NCBI RefSeq assembly: GCF_000006765.1
Contig: NC_002516.2
Reading direction: 5' to 3' (one strand)
DNA length: 64,000 nt
DNA from: Pseudomonas aeruginosa PAO1
GTDB lineage: Bacteria > Pseudomonadota > Gammaproteobacteria > Pseudomonadales > Pseudomonadaceae
Notes under the pieces: generated by a model
The model's input: only the letters and a program-made list of their open reading frames with translations
Told to the model about the DNA's origin: nothing
Databases searched by the model: none
Made by a program: the position numbers and the translations under genes
Part shown: piece after piece, positions 8,845-18,023 of the stretch
Layout: every line of letters starts with the position of its first letter
Numbering within the stretch: the first letter of the stretch is position 1

Positions 8845-9465
8845 TCAGTGGTCGAAATCGTCCTGGTAGACGAACTTGGGCATTTCCCAGTGGAAGCGGA
8901 TGGCCAGCAGGCGGAACAGGAAGCCGCTGAACAGGGTGATCAGCATCGCCTGCTCGGAAGGCAGTTCCAGCTCCACGCAGATCAGGTAGCACCAGGCGCT
9001 GGCGAAGGACACGCTGGCATAGAGTTCGCGGCGGAATATCAAGGGTACGTCGTTGCACAGGATGTCGCGGAGAATGCCGCCGAACACCCCGGTGATCACC
9101 CCGCTGATCGCCGCGATCAGCAGGCTGTGGCCCATTTCCAGGCTGACCTGGCAGCCGATCAGGGTGAAGGCCACCAGGCCAACCGCGTCGAGTACCAGGA
9201 ACAGCGAGCGCAGGTGGCGCATCAGCGGCGCGATGAACACTGTCACCAGCGCGGCGACTGCGGTCAGCGCCAGGTATTCCGGGTGACGGACCCAGGTCAG
9301 CGGGTAATGGCCCAGCAGCATGTCGCGTACCGAGCCGCCGCCCAGGGCGGTGACGCAGGCGATCAGCACCACGCCGAACAGGTCCATGCTGCGCCGGCCG
9401 GCCGACAGCGCACCGGTCATGGCTTCGGCGGTGATGGCGATGATGTAGAGCACGGTCAGCAGCAT
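8845..9465 (-). CDS. UPF0126/TRIC-family membrane protein (PA1037)
   Basis: Two repeats with TALGGGSVRD and ITGVFGGILRD; about 7 TM segments. Confidence 0.9.
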   Translation of the reverse strand: MLLTVLYIIAITAEAMTGALSAGRRSMDLFGVVLIACVTALGGGSVRDMLLGHYPLTWVRHPEYLALTAVAALVTVFIAPLMRHLRSLFLVLDAVGLVAFTLIGCQVSLEMGHSLLIAAISGVITGVFGGILRDILCNDVPLIFRRELYASVSFASAWCYLICVELELPSEQAMLITLFSGFLFRLLAIRFHWEMPKFVYQDDFDH

Positions 9466-9547
9466 GGGGATGGAGCCCGGATGAAAAGGCTGCGCATTCT
9501 ACCCGAGCGCTCGTCAACGCCCAAACCGCGCAGCCTGGCGCAGCATC

Positions 9548-9865
9548 TCAGGCGTGCATGCGCAACCAGAAGCGTTCCTGGCAGGCGTTGACGAAGTGCT
9601 TGTAGCGTGGGCTGATTTCCTGCCCGGCGGAATCCAGCACTTCGTAGCCGATCCAGCATTCCTCGCAGGCCCCGCTGCTCGGCAGGAGGTCGCGCTCGCA
9701 GTGCTGGCGCAGGCGCACGCCGTTGTCGAAACGGTAGAGCGCTTCGCAGCTGTGGATCTCGACGCCGTCCTCGCAGCGCTGTTGCTCTTCGACCTGCGCA
9801 TCGCTTATCGAGACCGGCGAGGGCAGGGCATGGATGGCGCGGATATAGCTGGCGAGCGAATGCAT
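9548..9865 (-). CDS. Cys-rich hypothetical protein (PA1038), 105 aa
   Basis: ATG overlaps the ychJ stop (ATGA); [15 protein letters not shown]...FWLRMHA. Confidence 0.75.
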   Translation of the reverse strand: MHSLASYIRAIHALPSPVSISDAQVEEQQRCEDGVEIHSCEALYRFDNGVRLRQHCERDLLPSSGACEECWIGYEVLDSAGQEISPRYKHFVNACQERFWLRMHA

Positions 9866-10338
9866 CAGGTGATCCACGGACCGCAGCATTTCTTCAGCTT
9901 GCCGCCGGCGCCGCAGGGGCAGGGATCGTTGCGGCCGAGTTTCAGGGCCACGGTCGGATCGAGGAAGTACCAGCGACCGTTGCGCTGGACGAAGCCGGAA
10001 CATTCGCGATGGGCATGTTCCCCGTCGGCGTCGTGCCAGCGCGCGACGAAGGTGACTCGCGCATGCTCCGGCTGGCCGCCGAGCACCTCGTGGTTTTCCA
10101 CCTCCAGACCGAGCCAGGTGCTGCCGTGGCTCCAGGCGCGGATGCCGTCGAGATCGAGGCCGGCCTGTTGCGCCGGCAGCGTGGTGTCGCGCAGATAGTC
10201 CACCAGTCCGAGGGCGTAGGCGCTGTAGCGCGAGCGCATCAGGGCTTCCGCGGTAGGCGCGGGATGTCCCTGGTGATAGCGGCCGCAGCAATCGTCGAGC
10301 GGGTCGCCGCTGCCGCAGGGGCAGGAGGGTTGGGTCAT
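9865..10338 (-). CDS. YchJ-family SEC-C/NTF2-like protein (PA1039), 157 aa
   Basis: [41 protein letters not shown]-terminal GRNDPCPCG. Confidence 0.9.
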   Translation of the reverse strand: MTQPSCPCGSGDPLDDCCGRYHQGHPAPTAEALMRSRYSAYALGLVDYLRDTTLPAQQAGLDLDGIRAWSHGSTWLGLEVENHEVLGGQPEHARVTFVARWHDADGEHAHRECSGFVQRNGRWYFLDPTVALKLGRNDPCPCGAGGKLKKCCGPWIT

Positions 10339-10340
10339 GG

Positions 10341-10838
10341 TTACCACCAGTACTTGCCGAAGTTTTCCGGGTTGGCCCAGAACTTGGCGTTCAGCCAATC
10401 GGGGACCTGCTTGTATTCGTACAGGTCGTAGGTGTACAGGGTCAGCGTCTGGCCTTCGCGCTGGAAGCGTTCGCTGTTCTGCATGGCGAGGGCGAAGAAG
10501 TCGGTTTCCTGCCAGTCGCTGGCCTCGAGGTCGACCAGTACGGCGACCCGGCTGGCGTTCAGGTTGCGCACGCCCGCGAGCAACTGCAGACCGGTGCGCT
10601 GCGGCAGGTGTTCCAGGCAATCGACGAACAGCGCCAGGTCGAAGCGCTGGCCGGCCAGTTCGGCGGGCAATGCCGCCGCCGGGCTGTGCGCCAGTTGGCA
10701 CTGGGGATGGTTGTGGATGAAGGCCTCCACCGCCGGCAGCCGGCTGGCGCCGACCAGCAGCAAGTGCTTCGGCGCGTAGCGGGCGAGCAACGCGGCCAGG
10801 GCCTGCTGCGGGGTGCGGGGAGAAATCGGTTCGCTCAT
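10341..10838 (-). CDS. Hypothetical protein, DUF6231-like with possible degenerate methyltransferase fold (PA1040)
   Basis: [14 protein letters not shown] motif; conserved-looking C-terminus [24 protein letters not shown]. Confidence 0.8.
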   Translation of the reverse strand: MSEPISPRTPQQALAALLARYAPKHLLLVGASRLPAVEAFIHNHPQCQLAHSPAAALPAELAGQRFDLALFVDCLEHLPQRTGLQLLAGVRNLNASRVAVLVDLEASDWQETDFFALAMQNSERFQREGQTLTLYTYDLYEYKQVPDWLNAKFWANPENFGKYWW

Positions 10839-10968
10839 GGGAAAACACTCTCCTGGGATTCGCCAAGACTAGCCTGAAGCGCCTGCATGGCCTAGTGCTG
10901 GCGCTTTTTTCGGCTGGGGTCTTTACTCCCTATTTGTCGGTTACAACCGATCCACGAGGAGAGTTCCA

Positions 10969-11601
10969 ATGAGCATCACGAGGACCGCTTTACCCCTGAT
11001 TCTGGTCAGCGGCTTGCTGACCGGTTGCGCAGGGTTGCAGAAAAGCGACTGGCCGACCTGTGCGGCGGTCGGTGGTGTTACCGGCGCCGGCCTGGGCGCG
11101 ATCGAAAGCAGCAGCTGGGCCGGCTGGGGCGCCCTGATCGGCGGTGGCGTCGGTGCCGCCTATTGCTGGGTGCACGGTGCCGGCGAACAGGTCGCGCCGC
11201 CGCCTCCGCAGCCGGTCGAGGAAGTCGCGCCGCCGCCTCCCGTCGTCAAGGAAGAAACCATTGTCGTGCGCGACCTGCACTTCGCCTTCGATTCGTCGAA
11301 GGTGGACGCCGCCGACAGCGAGAAGCTCAACGGCATCGCCGAACGCCTGAAAGGCGAGGCGGCCAGTACGCGCCTGAGTATCACCGGGCATACCGACAGC
11401 GTCGGTTCCGATGCCTACAACCAGAAGCTGTCGGAACGGCGCGCGAATGCCGTTGCGAACTATCTGATCGATGCCGGGGTGCCTTCGAGCATCATCGTCG
11501 GCGTGCAGGGATTGGGCGAAAGCCAGCCGGTCGCCGACAACAAGACTCGCGAAGGGCGGGCCGAGAATCGCCGGGTGGAAATCCTCATCAAGCGCGAATG
11601 A
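10969..11601 (+). CDS. OmpA-family peptidoglycan-binding lipoprotein (PA1041)
   Basis: Lipobox LTGC, glycine zipper, GHTDSVGSDAYNQKLSERRA and NRRVEI. Confidence 0.93.
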   Translation: MSITRTALPLILVSGLLTGCAGLQKSDWPTCAAVGGVTGAGLGAIESSSWAGWGALIGGGVGAAYCWVHGAGEQVAPPPPQPVEEVAPPPPVVKEETIVVRDLHFAFDSSKVDAADSEKLNGIAERLKGEAASTRLSITGHTDSVGSDAYNQKLSERRANAVANYLIDAGVPSSIIVGVQGLGESQPVADNKTREGRAENRRVEILIKRE

Positions 11602-11620
11602 CGCAGGCGGCGCGGAGCAG

Positions 11621-11647
11621 AACGGGGGCGTCGAAGCCCCCGTTTTC
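11621..11647 (+). terminator. Intrinsic terminator after the OmpA gene
   Basis: AACGGGGGC-GTCGAA-GCCCCCGTT-TT. Confidence 0.7.
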
Positions 11648-11716
11648 GTTCATGGCTGGCGCCGCGGCGGGCTGGCGAGTATGTTCCCCCGCACACGATG
11701 TCTTGGGGGGAGTTCC

Positions 11717-12016
11717 ATGAAAGCGTTTCTCGGGCTGGGCAAGCTCGTGACCCTGGTGTTCTGGGGCGCGGTGCTGGTCAATCTGCTGCATCCGTTCGCC
11801 TATCCGCTGAACTGGCTGTTGTCGATAGCCGGCGGCCTGATCCTGTTGATCCACCTGATCGAGATTCTCGTCCTCGGAGGACGCCTGAAAGCGCGCGCGC
11901 ATCCCTGGCTGGATCGTCTCCAGGTCTTGCTGTTCGGGGTCTTCCACATGCTTGCGTTGCCGGCGTTGAGCCCGGCCAGCGAGTTACCGCAGGACAAGGA
12001 GGACGATCATGCGTAA
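11717..12016 (+). CDS. DUF1145/YhhL-like small membrane protein (PA1042), 99 aa
   Basis: GGGAG RBS; two hydrophobic helices; LQVLLFGVFHML. Confidence 0.82.
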   Translation: MKAFLGLGKLVTLVFWGAVLVNLLHPFAYPLNWLLSIAGGLILLIHLIEILVLGGRLKARAHPWLDRLQVLLFGVFHMLALPALSPASELPQDKEDDHA

Positions 12017-12818
12017 GGCCATGCTCGGATTGTTCCTGGTCGTTCCCCTGGCCTGGGCTGGCGCCGTGTTTTCGGCCGAGGCGCCGCCGGCACGCCAGCA
12101 GGGTATCGGCGGAACCGTGAAGGTGCAGGCGAACTCGGTGATGCGCCTGCCCAAGCGGGCCCAGGAGCTGCGCCTGCGCAGAGTGGAGATCGGCGAGGAT
12201 GCCGCCCTGCTGATTCCGCTGGAGGTCAGCGTCCTGCGCATCGAGGAACTGCACATGGCGAAGAACGCCCGGATCGGCGTGGCGCCAGGCGAGGAGCGAA
12301 TCAGCATCGAAGTCGTCAGCGGCCGCCTGGCCGATGGCAGCATCATTTCCGCGCCCGGCGCGACCGGCACCTTCCGGCAAAGCGCCGGTAACGGCCGCGA
12401 CCTGACCTTGCGCCTGCAGGCGGTGGAGGTGGAAAGCCTGCTGCTGGACGCCCGCGGTGGCGTCGGCGCTCCAGGCTACGATGGCCTGGACGGGGCTTCC
12501 GGCAAGGCCTCCGGCTGCCTCTGGGGCAGCGCGCTGAAAGGTGGCGACGGCCAATCCGGAAGCGACGGCGGTCCGGGCGGGGCGGGCGGTCGGATTCGTC
12601 TGGAAGTGCCGGGCGATTTTCCTCTGGAGCGCTTGCAAACCCGTCTGCAAGGCGGCGTCGGCGGCGCTGGAGGCAAGGCCGGCAAACCGGGTGCGGCGGA
12701 TAACGCCACCGGTTGCTGGATCTACTCGGTGGATGCCGGTCGTGCGGGGCGCAGCGGAGAGGACGGCGCGAACGGCACCAACGGCAGCGACGGCAGCCTG
12801 GACGTCGTGCGCTTCTGA
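12009..12818 (+). CDS. Secreted collagen-like (Gly-X-Y) protein (PA1043)
   Basis: Signal peptide and several GXXGXXG tracts. Start overlaps the upstream gene by 8 nt. Confidence 0.85.
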   Translation: MRKAMLGLFLVVPLAWAGAVFSAEAPPARQQGIGGTVKVQANSVMRLPKRAQELRLRRVEIGEDAALLIPLEVSVLRIEELHMAKNARIGVAPGEERISIEVVSGRLADGSIISAPGATGTFRQSAGNGRDLTLRLQAVEVESLLLDARGGVGAPGYDGLDGASGKASGCLWGSALKGGDGQSGSDGGPGGAGGRIRLEVPGDFPLERLQTRLQGGVGGAGGKAGKPGAADNATGCWIYSVDAGRAGRSGEDGANGTNGSDGSLDVVRF

Positions 12819-12856
12819 GGAGAGGCCGGCAGCACGGCTTCCGGCGCATCGCCGGT

Positions 12857-13321
12857 TCAGAGGCTCGGGCGTGCCGCTACCAGGGCTATCAGCAACAGGC
12901 CGAGGAGCAGGTTGAAGCCGACGGTGCGGCGGATCTTCCCCAGCGCCTGCCCGCCTGCCGGCCAGTCCTGGGCCTGCACCGCGCGGCGCAGTTCCGGCAC
13001 TTGCAGCGCCTGCACCCGCAGGAACAGTGCCAGCATGGCGACGTAGAGCCCCATCATTACCTGTACGTAGCGCGGCGCGCCGGCGAAACCGTTGAAGCTC
13101 AGGTGCAGCATGCCGACGCCGCTGATCGGTAGCAGGATCACCGCCGCCCAGACCCAATGGAAGAAACGGCGGAACACCTCCAGCCACAGGCCCAGGCGGG
13201 CTGGGGCCTCCAGCGCGGCGACGGCCGCCGGACGAAGTATCGTCCAGGCGAAGAACATGCCTCCGACCCAGACCAGGGCGGCCAGGACATGCAGGGCGTA
13301 GACGAGGGCGTAGGGGGTCAT
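12857..13321 (-). CDS. CopD-like membrane protein (PA1044), 154 aa
   Basis: LHVLAALVWVGGMFFAW motif; 4 TM segments. Confidence 0.85.
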   Translation of the reverse strand: MTPYALVYALHVLAALVWVGGMFFAWTILRPAAVAALEAPARLGLWLEVFRRFFHWVWAAVILLPISGVGMLHLSFNGFAGAPRYVQVMMGLYVAMLALFLRVQALQVPELRRAVQAQDWPAGGQALGKIRRTVGFNLLLGLLLIALVAARPSL

Positions 13322-13450
13322 TCGGCGATCTCCGCTGGCGGTTGTGACGAAGCGCGTTATCATAGCCGCCCTGTCGAACCACTGAAAATTTATCCAGCTA
13401 TGGCGCGCCGGCGGATTCGCCTTCCGCTGCGCGCCGGGCCCAGGAATTCC

Positions 13451-15595
13451 ATGCTCAGCGCCGAACTCAAGTCCCAGATCCAGGGTGCCTACACCCGCTT
13501 TCTCGAAGCCAAGGAGCTGAAGCCTCGCTATGGCCAGCGCCTGATGATCGCCGAAGTGGCCAAGGCCCTCGGCGTGATCAAGGAGGACGAGGAGGGGCAC
13601 CGCGAGGGCGAGCCGGCGGTGGTCGCGGTGGAGGCCGGAACCGGTACCGGCAAGACCGTGGCCTACAGCCTGGCGGCGATCGCCTGCGCCAAGGCCAGTG
13701 GCAAGCGCCTGGTGATAGCCACCGCGACCGTCGCCCTGCAGGAGCAAATCGTCCACAAGGATCTTCCCGACCTGCTGCGCAACAGCGGGCTGGCCTTCAG
13801 CTTCGCCCTGGCCAAGGGCCGCGGGCGCTACCTGTGCCTGTCCAAGCTCGACGTGCTGCTGCAGGAAGGCCAGGCGCAGAGCGCGACGGCGCAACTGTTC
13901 GCCGACGACGGTTTCAACATCGATGTCGACGAGACCAGCAGCAAGCTGTTCAACCAGATGATCGAACGCCTGGCCGGCAACCGCTGGGACGGCGACCGCG
14001 ACAGCTGGCCGGAGGCGATCGACGACGCGCATTGGGCGCAGCTCACCACCGATCACAGCCAGTGCACCAACCGACATTGCCCGAACTTCCAGCAGTGCGC
14101 CTTCTACAAGGCGCGCGAAGGGATGACCAAGGTCGACGTGATCGTCACCAACCACGACCTGGTCCTGGCTGACCTGGCCCTGGGCGGCGGCGCCATCCTG
14201 CCCGATCCGCGCGAGACCCTCTACGTGTTCGACGAGGGCCATCACCTGCCGGACAAGGCGATTGGCCATTTCGCCCATTTCACCCGCCTGCGCGCTACCG
14301 CCGACTGGCTGGAGCAGATCGCCAAGAACCTCACCAAGCTGCTCGCCCAGCACCCGCTGCCGGGCGACCTCGGCCGCCTGATCGAACAGGTGCCGGAGCT
14401 GGCCCGGGAGATCAAGACCCAGCAGCAGTTCATGTTCACCGCCTGCGAAGAGATCGGCGATTTCCGCGCCGGCGAGGACATGGAGGGTCGCGAGCGGCCG
14501 CGTCACCGTTTCGTCGGCGGGGTGGTCCCCGAGCATATCCGCGAGATGGGCATCGAGCTGAAGAAAGGCTTCTCCAAGCTGACCGACCTGTTCACCCGCC
14601 TCACCGATATCCTCAAGGAGGCGATGGACGGCGAAGGCGCCGGCGGCATCGCCAGCCACCAGGCGGAGGAGTGGTACCCGCTGTTCGGTAGTCTTTTGGC
14701 GCGCGCCCAGGGCAACTGGGAACTGTGGACCGCCTTCACCTGCGAGGACCCGCAGGACAGCCCGCCGATGGCGCGCTGGCTGACCCTCGCCGAGAGCGGC
14801 AGCTTCTACGACATCGAAGCCAACGCCAGCCCGATCCTCGCCGCCGAGACCCTGCGCCGCAACCTGTGGAACGTCGCCTATGGCGTGCTGGTGACCTCGG
14901 CGACCCTGACCGCGTTGGGCACCTTCGACCGCTACCGCATGCGCGCGGGCCTGCCGCGCAACGCGGTCACCGCGGTGGTGCCGAGCCCCTTCCACCATGC
15001 CGAGGCCGGGGTATTGCGGGTCCCCGACCTCAAGGCGGATCCGCGCAACGCCGCCGAGCACACCGCGGCGATCATTCGCGAGCTGCCGGAACTGGTGAAG
15101 GGCGCGCGCGGCAGCCTGGTGCTGTTCTCCTCGCGCAAGCAGATGCAGGAAGTCTTCGACGGTCTCGACCGCGACTGGCGCAAGCGGGTGTTCATCCAGG
15201 GCAACCTGTCCAAGCAGGAAACCCTGAACAAGCACAAGTCGCGAGTCGACGACGGCGAGGACAGCGTGCTCTTCGGCCTCGCCAGTTTCGCCGAAGGCGT
15301 GGACCTGCCGGGGGCCTATTGCGAACACGTGGTGATCGCCAAGATTCCCTTCGCGGTACCCGACGACCCGGTGGAGGCGGCGCTGGCCGAGTGGATCGAG
15401 GCGCGCGGCGGCAATCCGTTCATGGAGATCGCCGTGCCAGACGCCTCGCTGCGGTTGGTCCAGGCCTGCGGGCGGCTGCTGCGCACCGAGCAGGACCGCG
15501 GCACCATCACCCTGCTGGACCGCCGCGTGGTCACCCAGCGCTACGGCAAGGCTATCCTCAATGCATTGCCGCCGTTCCGCCGGGAAATCGCCTGA
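13451..15595 (+). CDS. dinG: ATP-dependent DNA helicase DinG, 714 aa
   Basis: EAGTGTGKT, Fe-S Cys cluster (LCL..SQCTNRHCPNFQQCAF), DEGH, FAEGVDLPG and QACGRLLR. Confidence 0.95.
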   Translation: MLSAELKSQIQGAYTRFLEAKELKPRYGQRLMIAEVAKALGVIKEDEEGHREGEPAVVAVEAGTGTGKTVAYSLAAIACAKASGKRLVIATATVALQEQIVHKDLPDLLRNSGLAFSFALAKGRGRYLCLSKLDVLLQEGQAQSATAQLFADDGFNIDVDETSSKLFNQMIERLAGNRWDGDRDSWPEAIDDAHWAQLTTDHSQCTNRHCPNFQQCAFYKAREGMTKVDVIVTNHDLVLADLALGGGAILPDPRETLYVFDEGHHLPDKAIGHFAHFTRLRATADWLEQIAKNLTKLLAQHPLPGDLGRLIEQVPELAREIKTQQQFMFTACEEIGDFRAGEDMEGRERPRHRFVGGVVPEHIREMGIELKKGFSKLTDLFTRLTDILKEAMDGEGAGGIASHQAEEWYPLFGSLLARAQGNWELWTAFTCEDPQDSPPMARWLTLAESGSFYDIEANASPILAAETLRRNLWNVAYGVLVTSATLTALGTFDRYRMRAGLPRNAVTAVVPSPFHHAEAGVLRVPDLKADPRNAAEHTAAIIRELPELVKGARGSLVLFSSRKQMQEVFDGLDRDWRKRVFIQGNLSKQETLNKHKSRVDDGEDSVLFGLASFAEGVDLPGAYCEHVVIAKIPFAVPDDPVEAALAEWIEARGGNPFMEIAVPDASLRLVQACGRLLRTEQDRGTITLLDRRVVTQRYGKAILNALPPFRREIA

Positions 15596-15697
15596 CGCGC
15601 TGGCCTGCGCGGGAGGGCGCCAGCCTTCACGTCCGAGCCGCATCAGGAATTCCCGGCATTTGCCCAGGCCGGGATGGAGTTAAGGAAAACAGGCTTC

Positions 15698-17947
15698 ATG
15701 ATCCGTTCGCGTTGGCATCTTCCCCTGCTTCTCGGCCTGCTCGCGGTGGCCACGCCGCTGGCGGCGAGCGACACCCAGCAGGTGCTGTTCAACTTCGTCA
15801 AGCCAATGGCCGTGGTCGGCATCACCCTTGAGGATGCCGACCTGCCCAGCGCGACGGCGGAGGCCACCCCGGAGGGCGACATTCTCCGTCGCGTCACCTT
15901 CAGCCCGGCGCAACGGCCCACCTTGCGCATGAGTCCGGCGCTGGGCCGTTGGGACTGGTCCGCAGCGGACTACGTGAGCCTGCGCATCCAGAACGCGATG
16001 AGCTGGGACATGACCCTGGAGGTCGCGATCGAGGGCGAGCAGGGCGCGCCGGGGCTGCAGGCATCCATCGAGCTACCGGCAGGCCCGCCGCAGACCCTGC
16101 TGGTGCCGTTGCGGGCGGTTTCGCCAGAGGCTCTGGGCATGCGTGCGGGGCCGCCGATGCCACAGATGGTCGAAGGCCAGCGGGTGCTGCTGGCGCCACG
16201 CGTGGAGGGCTCGCTGGACCGCGCCAGGGTCGGAGCGCTGAGCCTGTCCCTGCGCTCGCCGCAAGCTCCCCAGAGTATCCTGCTCGGACGTTTCGGCATA
16301 CGCACAGGGAGGGCGGTGGAGCGGAGCATCCTGACCGGCCTGATCGATCGCTATGGCCAGTACAGCCGCGCCGACTGGCCGGAAAAGATTCGTTCCGACG
16401 AACAGTTGCGCAGCGCCTATGCGGCCGAGGCCGCACAGCTCCGCGACTGGGAACGGCAGACACCGGCGCGCGACCGTTTCGGCGGCCTGCTGGGTGGGCC
16501 GGTGTTCGAAGCCAGCGGTTTCTTCCGCACGGAAAAACGTGGCGGGCGCTGGTGGCTGGTTACTCCGGAAGGACATCCGTTCTGGTCGCTGGGCGTTAAT
16601 GCGGTGACCGCCGACGGCAGCCGGACCTACGTCGAAGGACGCGAGCCGATGTTCGCCGAACTGCCGGCGGAGGGTGAGCCGCTGGCCGCATTCTTCGGTG
16701 AGGGCGACGACCGCCGCGGCGTCGCCGCGCAGGCCGGGCGGCGCTTCGGGCATGGCCGCTGGTTCGATTTCCTCGGTGCCAATCGCCAGCGCATCGCTCC
16801 CCAGGCGAGTGCCGACCAGCTCGCCGGCGAATGGCGCCAGCGCACCCTGGAGCGCCTCTCGGCATGGGGTTTCAACAGCCTCGGCAACTGGAGCGATCCG
16901 GCGCTCGCCGCACAGGCGCGGATGCCCTACAGCCTGCCGCTGTCGATCGCCGGCGACTACGCCACGGTCAGCAGCGGTTTCGACTGGTGGGGAGCCATGC
17001 CCGATCCCTTCGACCCGCGCTTCGCCATGGCCGCCGAGCGCGTCATCGCCATCGCTGCTCGCGACCACCGCGACGATCCCTGGCTGCTCGGCTACTACGC
17101 CGACAACGAACTGGCCTGGGCCGGGCGCGACGGCTCGGCCCAGGCGCGCTACGGCCTCGCTTTCGGAGCCTTGACGCTGTCCATGGACAGTCCGGCGAAG
17201 CGCGCCTTCGTCAAGCAATTGAAAGCCAAGTACCTGGGCCATGAGGCATTGGCCGAGGCCTGGGGCATCGAGCTGGCCGCCTGGGAGGCCCTGGAGGCGC
17301 CGGGCTACGCGGCTCCGCTGCCGGGCGAGGGGCATCCGGCCATCGCCGAGGACTACAGCGCCTTCCTCCGGCTGTATGCCGACGCTTACTTCAAGACCCT
17401 GCGCGACGCCCTGCAATGGCACGCACCGAACCACCTCCTGCTCGGCGGCCGCTTCGCCGTCAGCACTCCCGAGGCGATCACCTCCTGCGCCCGGTATTGC
17501 GACCTGCTCAGTTTCAACCTCTATACGCCGTTGCCCGGGCAGGGCCTGGACGACTCCCTGCTGGCGCGGCTGGACAAGCCGGTGCTGATCAGCGAGTTCC
17601 ACTTCGGCTCGCGGGATCGCGGTCCGTTCTGGGGTGGTGTCAGCGAGGCGGCCAATGAGCGGGCGCGCGGCGACTCCTACCGAACGTTCCTGGAGGCGGC
17701 GCTGAAGAGTCCGTATATCGTCGGCGCCCACTGGTTCCAGTACCTCGACCAACCGGCCAGCGGGCGTCTGCTGGACGGCGAGAACGGCCATATAGGCCTG
17801 GTCGGGATCACGGGCTTGCCGTTCGCCGGCTTCGTCGACACGGTGCGCCGAAGCAACCTTGCCGCCCTGTCGCGACTGTCGGCGATGGCCAGGTCCATGC
17901 CTGCCGTCGAGCCTCTGCCGCCGCGCGAGGATTCAGCCGGTTCATGA
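15698..17947 (+). CDS. Secreted GH50 (beta-agarase-like) glycoside hydrolase (PA1046)
   Basis: Signal peptide, CBM-like N-domain, WGFNSLGNWS, LLGYYADNELAW, PVLISEFHFG and GAHWFQYLDQP. Alternative start at 15674. Confidence 0.88.
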   Translation: MIRSRWHLPLLLGLLAVATPLAASDTQQVLFNFVKPMAVVGITLEDADLPSATAEATPEGDILRRVTFSPAQRPTLRMSPALGRWDWSAADYVSLRIQNAMSWDMTLEVAIEGEQGAPGLQASIELPAGPPQTLLVPLRAVSPEALGMRAGPPMPQMVEGQRVLLAPRVEGSLDRARVGALSLSLRSPQAPQSILLGRFGIRTGRAVERSILTGLIDRYGQYSRADWPEKIRSDEQLRSAYAAEAAQLRDWERQTPARDRFGGLLGGPVFEASGFFRTEKRGGRWWLVTPEGHPFWSLGVNAVTADGSRTYVEGREPMFAELPAEGEPLAAFFGEGDDRRGVAAQAGRRFGHGRWFDFLGANRQRIAPQASADQLAGEWRQRTLERLSAWGFNSLGNWSDPALAAQARMPYSLPLSIAGDYATVSSGFDWWGAMPDPFDPRFAMAAERVIAIAARDHRDDPWLLGYYADNELAWAGRDGSAQARYGLAFGALTLSMDSPAKRAFVKQLKAKYLGHEALAEAWGIELAAWEALEAPGYAAPLPGEGHPAIAEDYSAFLRLYADAYFKTLRDALQWHAPNHLLLGGRFAVSTPEAITSCARYCDLLSFNLYTPLPGQGLDDSLLARLDKPVLISEFHFGSRDRGPFWGGVSEAANERARGDSYRTFLEAALKSPYIVGAHWFQYLDQPASGRLLDGENGHIGLVGITGLPFAGFVDTVRRSNLAALSRLSAMARSMPAVEPLPPREDSAGS

Positions 17948-18023
17948 GCGCGCATTCACCGCCGCCCTCTTGCGGCGAACCCCTCTTATGTCAGGGTTCA
18001 CAAGGCCGCCGAGGGCTGGAAGA

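Noticed and set aside
12857-15643. 928-aa minus-strand ORF
   Set aside because: Only the last 154 codons (from ATG13321) form the CopD-like gene; the rest is antisense to dinG.
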